A stretch of DNA of 63,973 bases, counting the filler. It is 6 parts of 6 records of this genome, joined end to end, with 100 filler letters (N's around TTAATTAATTAA, not from the genome) between each part and the next. Parts side by side here need not be neighbours in the genome. Positions count along the whole stretch, not along the records: positions 58,127 to 63,973 come from SRR20825006_1779; 5 more parts are not named here. One strand, 5' to 3'. Shown here in pieces: positions 60,954 to 63,973 of the stretch. Positions within the stretch are counted from its first letter, which is position 1; the number at the start of each line of letters is the position of its first letter. A model generated the notes under the pieces. That model was given only the letters and a program-made list of their open reading frames with translations, was not told where the DNA came from and searched no databases. Made by a program: the position numbers and the translations under genes.

Positions 60954-61385
60954 TCAGAACATGGCTGCGTATTCTGCCGCGAACCGCGTATCGAAACGGT
61001 GAATCAGTTTGCCTGCGGGCCAGGTCAATAGTGTTAACAGGCCTTCGGTCCACTCTTCCTGGTGTACCCGGCAGCCGCCCTGGCCATCGTCGATAAAGGT
61101 GAAGCGATGGATAATGCGGGCGAAGGGCAGTTGCAGACCCCAGGTGATGCGTTCGTTTTCCTGGTACTCCAGCACTTTCACGACTACCGGCGCCGGCGGC
61201 AGTCGGGGCAGGTCTGCCACAAACAATAGCAGGGCGCCGGGGCGCCAGCCGCCATTGAGGAGCCGGGCGTGGCGGACTACGGAGCACCAGCTGGCCCAGT
61301 TGTCAGCGTCGGCAAACAGTTTGAAGGCCTGTTTGCGGGAGGCGCGGGTGTCAGTGACTTCGTCGACCAGATAACGTTTTAGCAT
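60954..61385 (-). CDS. SRPBCC/polyketide cyclase-like protein
   Basis: AF.LFAD..NWASW, ITW, HRFTF, VHQEEW. Confidence 0.75.
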   Translation of the reverse strand: MLKRYLVDEVTDTRASRKQAFKLFADADNWASWCSVVRHARLLNGGWRPGALLLFVADLPRLPPAPVVVKVLEYQENERITWGLQLPFARIIHRFTFIDDGQGGCRVHQEEWTEGLLTLLTWPAGKLIHRFDTRFAAEYAAMF

Positions 61386-61575
61386 GCTGCGTCCGTATTT
61401 TTATTGGCAGAAGGCGCTTGCGGAAAGCACAAACGCAGGCCATTGCACTATTCAAGGCTCCCTAGATTACGCACAGTAAGGGGCAACCTCCAGTCGGTAA
61501 AACGGGCCAATTCGGCGGGCGTTGTTGACCTGTTAGAGGGCTTTGCCTAGTTTCGGGTGATTGCGAGGAGTCAGC

Positions 61576-62646
61576 ATGACAACAACACTGTTACCGGCGT
61601 CAATATTGCCGGGGCTTCTTGAAGTCTCGTTACGTAACCAGCTGGATGTGCAGGCCCTGTTCGAGCAGGTTGGGATTGATGCGGATATTGTCGGCCGCAG
61701 CGACCGTTTCATCAGCCTCGCCCAACTGGATGCACTGCTTTATGCCGCCTTTACGGAAAGTGATGATCCGCTGTTTGGATTGCACGTGGGGGCGGATAAT
61801 CACTATGGCAACCTGGATCTGCTGGGAAACCTGATGGCCACCGCCAATAGCCTGGAGCAGGGCATTGGTATGCTGTTTCGCTATAAGGATCTGGTGGTGC
61901 CTTACCTGGATTTCTCTCTGGATCTTTACGGCAAGAGTGTCCAGTTGTCGGTGATCAGCAAAGACCCAACCTTGCGCTTCACGGCAACGCGAACCCATAA
62001 CGAAGTGGTGGTCGCGACGATGCTGTCCATTGGGCGCTCCTTGTTGGGCGCAGACATGCCATTGACCGGGGCCTGTTTTCTGCATGCTGAGCCCTGTGCC
62101 GAGCAACTGGAAAGCTATGGGGCATTTTTCCAGTGCCCCATGTCGTTTTCTGCTGGGCAGAATGCCATTCGCTTCAGCGCTGAGTTACTTGGTGCACCGT
62201 TGCCCCGTGCCTACCCGAAATACAACGAGCGGTTGCGTAAATCCGCGGATCAGGTGCTGGCCGGGCTATCCCGGGCTGGCGGGATAACCGGGCAAGTGGT
62301 CAAGCAGCTGGAGCGCCTGCTCGGTGAGCATACGGTGACCATGGAGGCGGTTGCCGATGCGTTGGCCATGACCCCGCGAACGCTTCAGCGCCGTCTTCAG
62401 GAAGAAGGGGCGCGGTTTGCGCAATTGCGTGATCAGGTACGTCATCAGCATGCCTGCAAGGCGCTGCGCCAGCCTCGCTGCGACATGCAAAGTCTTGCGG
62501 TGGAATTGGGCTTTTCCGATACCGCCAATTTTTATCATGCCTTTAAGCGCTGGCAGGGTTGCGCTCCGGGCCAGTACCGTAAGGAATATCAGAGCGCGTT
62601 TAACAAGGGGGCGGGCAAACCGAACATCCGCGGCGCCCACGTCTGA
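61576..62646 (+). CDS. AraC family regulator
   Basis: VADALAMTPRTLQRRL, LGFSDTANFYHAFKRWQG..PGQYR. RBS GAGGAG before ATG at 61576. Confidence 0.95.
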   Translation: MTTTLLPASILPGLLEVSLRNQLDVQALFEQVGIDADIVGRSDRFISLAQLDALLYAAFTESDDPLFGLHVGADNHYGNLDLLGNLMATANSLEQGIGMLFRYKDLVVPYLDFSLDLYGKSVQLSVISKDPTLRFTATRTHNEVVVATMLSIGRSLLGADMPLTGACFLHAEPCAEQLESYGAFFQCPMSFSAGQNAIRFSAELLGAPLPRAYPKYNERLRKSADQVLAGLSRAGGITGQVVKQLERLLGEHTVTMEAVADALAMTPRTLQRRLQEEGARFAQLRDQVRHQHACKALRQPRCDMQSLAVELGFSDTANFYHAFKRWQGCAPGQYRKEYQSAFNKGAGKPNIRGAHV

Positions 62647-62727
62647 GTGGTGTGACATTTTGCCACATTGGTATTTCCCCTCGGGTCCGTATCCTTGCGG
62701 GCGAATAGTCAATACCGGGGAAATGTC

Positions 62728-63795
62728 ATGTCTCGTTCCGTTTTGTCCACTGCTATATCGCTTTCGCTGCTTACTGCCAGTCCTGCTGTGCTTGCCCACT
62801 ATGATGGCGGGCGCGCTGACAGTCATGCGCCGATTTCCGTGATGGGGGACCATACTCATAGCAAGGGTGAGTGGATGCTTTCCTACCGGTATATGGGGAT
62901 GGGCATGAGCGGGGCGAAATCGGGGAGTGAATCGCTCAGCACGGATGAGGCATTTGCCGAGATCCCGGGCATGGGCATGATGAATATGAAGGCCTTGCCG
63001 TACGACATGACCATGGAGATGCACATGCTTGGCGCCATGTACGCGCCCACGGACAATCTCACCCTGATGGCCATGTTGCCCTACAGCACCAACGAAATGA
63101 CCACCAAGACCCGTATGACCATGATGGGTAATACCACCCAGGGCGAGTTTGATACGGAAACCTCCGGCATTGGGGATGTCAGCGTCGGTGGCCTCTACAA
63201 GTTCTACGACGAAAACGGCTACCGCTTGCACCTGAATATGGTGTTTGGGCTGCCCACAGGTTCTATCGAAGAAGAAGACTACATCCCCATGGCGGGCCAG
63301 GAGCTGCAACTGCCTTACCCCATGCAGCTGGGGTCCGGTAGCTATGAATTGCGCCCGGGGCTGACCTTGAACAAGCAATACGACAGCTGGAGCTGGGGCG
63401 CGCAGGTAAGCGCCAAAATTCCTCTGGATGAGAATGATCAGGGTTATGAGTTGGGTTCGAGCAAGTACCTGACTGCCTGGGCGGCCAAGCCTGTTTCCCC
63501 GTGGGCATCGGTGTCCGTGGCAGCGTATAAGAGCTGGTGGACCAGTATTAACGGCTCTGCTGAAGACCTGACCATCTCACCGATGATGAACCCGGCGGCG
63601 GATCCGGATGCCAAGGGTGGCCAGCGCCTGGATATTGGTGTGGGCCTGAACCTGCTGGGTAAGAACGGTGCGCTCAAAGGTCACCGACTGGCCATGGAAT
63701 ACAAGGCCCCAGTGCAGGAATCCCTGCACGGTATCCAGATGGAAACCGATTACACCTTTACGGTGGGGTGGCAGAAAGCCTTCGGCGGGAAATAG
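62728..63795 (+). CDS. Met/His-rich putative outer-membrane beta-barrel transporter
   Basis: Signal peptide, HAPISVMGDHTH, MTMEMHMLGAMYAP, SGIGD, LPTG, MQLGSGS; aromatic C-terminal strand. Confidence 0.7.
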   Translation: MSRSVLSTAISLSLLTASPAVLAHYDGGRADSHAPISVMGDHTHSKGEWMLSYRYMGMGMSGAKSGSESLSTDEAFAEIPGMGMMNMKALPYDMTMEMHMLGAMYAPTDNLTLMAMLPYSTNEMTTKTRMTMMGNTTQGEFDTETSGIGDVSVGGLYKFYDENGYRLHLNMVFGLPTGSIEEEDYIPMAGQELQLPYPMQLGSGSYELRPGLTLNKQYDSWSWGAQVSAKIPLDENDQGYELGSSKYLTAWAAKPVSPWASVSVAAYKSWWTSINGSAEDLTISPMMNPAADPDAKGGQRLDIGVGLNLLGKNGALKGHRLAMEYKAPVQESLHGIQMETDYTFTVGWQKAFGGK

Positions 63796-63801
63796 CCCTG
63801 T

Positions 63802-63868
63802 CGTAGGAGCGTCGCTGGCGGCGCGATAATCCAGCGTCTGAAATCGCGCCGCCAGCGACGCTCCTACG
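63802..63868. repeat. GTAG-type REP doublet (inverted pair)
   Basis: CGTAGGAGCGTCGCTGGCGGCGCGAT and its exact reverse complement. Confidence 0.8.
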
Positions 63869-63889
63869 GATAGTTGTGGCGATTTGTCG

Positions 63890-63936
63890 CCCACAAAAAA
63901 GCCGCGCTTGATCATCAGGCGCGGCTTTTTTGTGGG
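63890..63936. terminator. Bidirectional terminator downstream of tRNA
   Basis: CCCACAAAAAAGCCGCGC...GCGCGGCTTTTTTGTGGG. Confidence 0.85.
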
Positions 63937-63944
63937 ATTCGACA

Positions 63945-63973
63945 TGGTGCCGGAACGCGGAATCGAACCGCGG
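63945..63973 (-). tRNA. tRNA 3' end (possibly tRNA-Phe), truncated by window edge
   Basis: Reverse complement CCGCGG-TTCGATT-CCGCG-TTCCGGC-A-CCA: T-arm, acceptor strand, encoded CCA. Anticodon not visible. Confidence 0.85.

Noticed and set aside
62266-63378. 370-aa antisense ORF
   Set aside because: Overlaps two supported + strand genes; no independent evidence.

Overview
This window is not one genomic locus. It joins six unrelated contigs with artificial N44-TTAATTAATTAA-N44 linkers, so gene neighbourhoods only mean something within a segment. (1) 1-24129: Flavobacteriaceae-like housekeeping region with an aldehyde dehydrogenase fragment, MFS, cmk, porQ, lon, an ECF-sigma operon, M48 peptidase, a GH31-glgB-maltokinase-glgE alpha-glucan cluster, two msrB genes, UDG and a partial lpdA. 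(2) 24230-32884: very AT-rich, Bacteroidetes-like defence island that starts at a tRNA(Asn-like) 3' end. It carries a PHP-ABC-ATPase (Ppl-like), an unknown J-domain-like/2TM protein, a type I CBASS (CdnE-like cyclase plus patatin) and an unknown membrane protein. Two cargo modules are each headed by a copy of a ~320-340 bp non-coding element whose hairpin is kept by compensatory substitutions. (3) 32985-41714: polysaccharide locus (AlgD-like dehydrogenase, GTs, Wzy, acyltransferase, sulfotransferase-like) ending at a decayed IS66. (4) 41815-51447: Rhodobacteraceae-like pheS-[insert with a duplicated pheT 5' end]-pheT, ArnT-like GT, GST, mscL, Lrp, a GAF-Fis regulator and an aldehyde dehydrogenase. 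(5) 51548-58026: alphaproteobacterial TRAP permease, a COG0523 GTPase with a Zur-like box, and a GntR/ArgE/DoeA-like/DoeD-like catabolic cluster. (6) 58127-63973: gammaproteobacterial MMPL, SRPBCC, AraC, a Met/His-rich outer-membrane protein, a REP doublet and a tRNA 3' end. Segment 2 is the best candidate for an undescribed system. Taxonomic and family calls come from recognising motifs, not from database searches.
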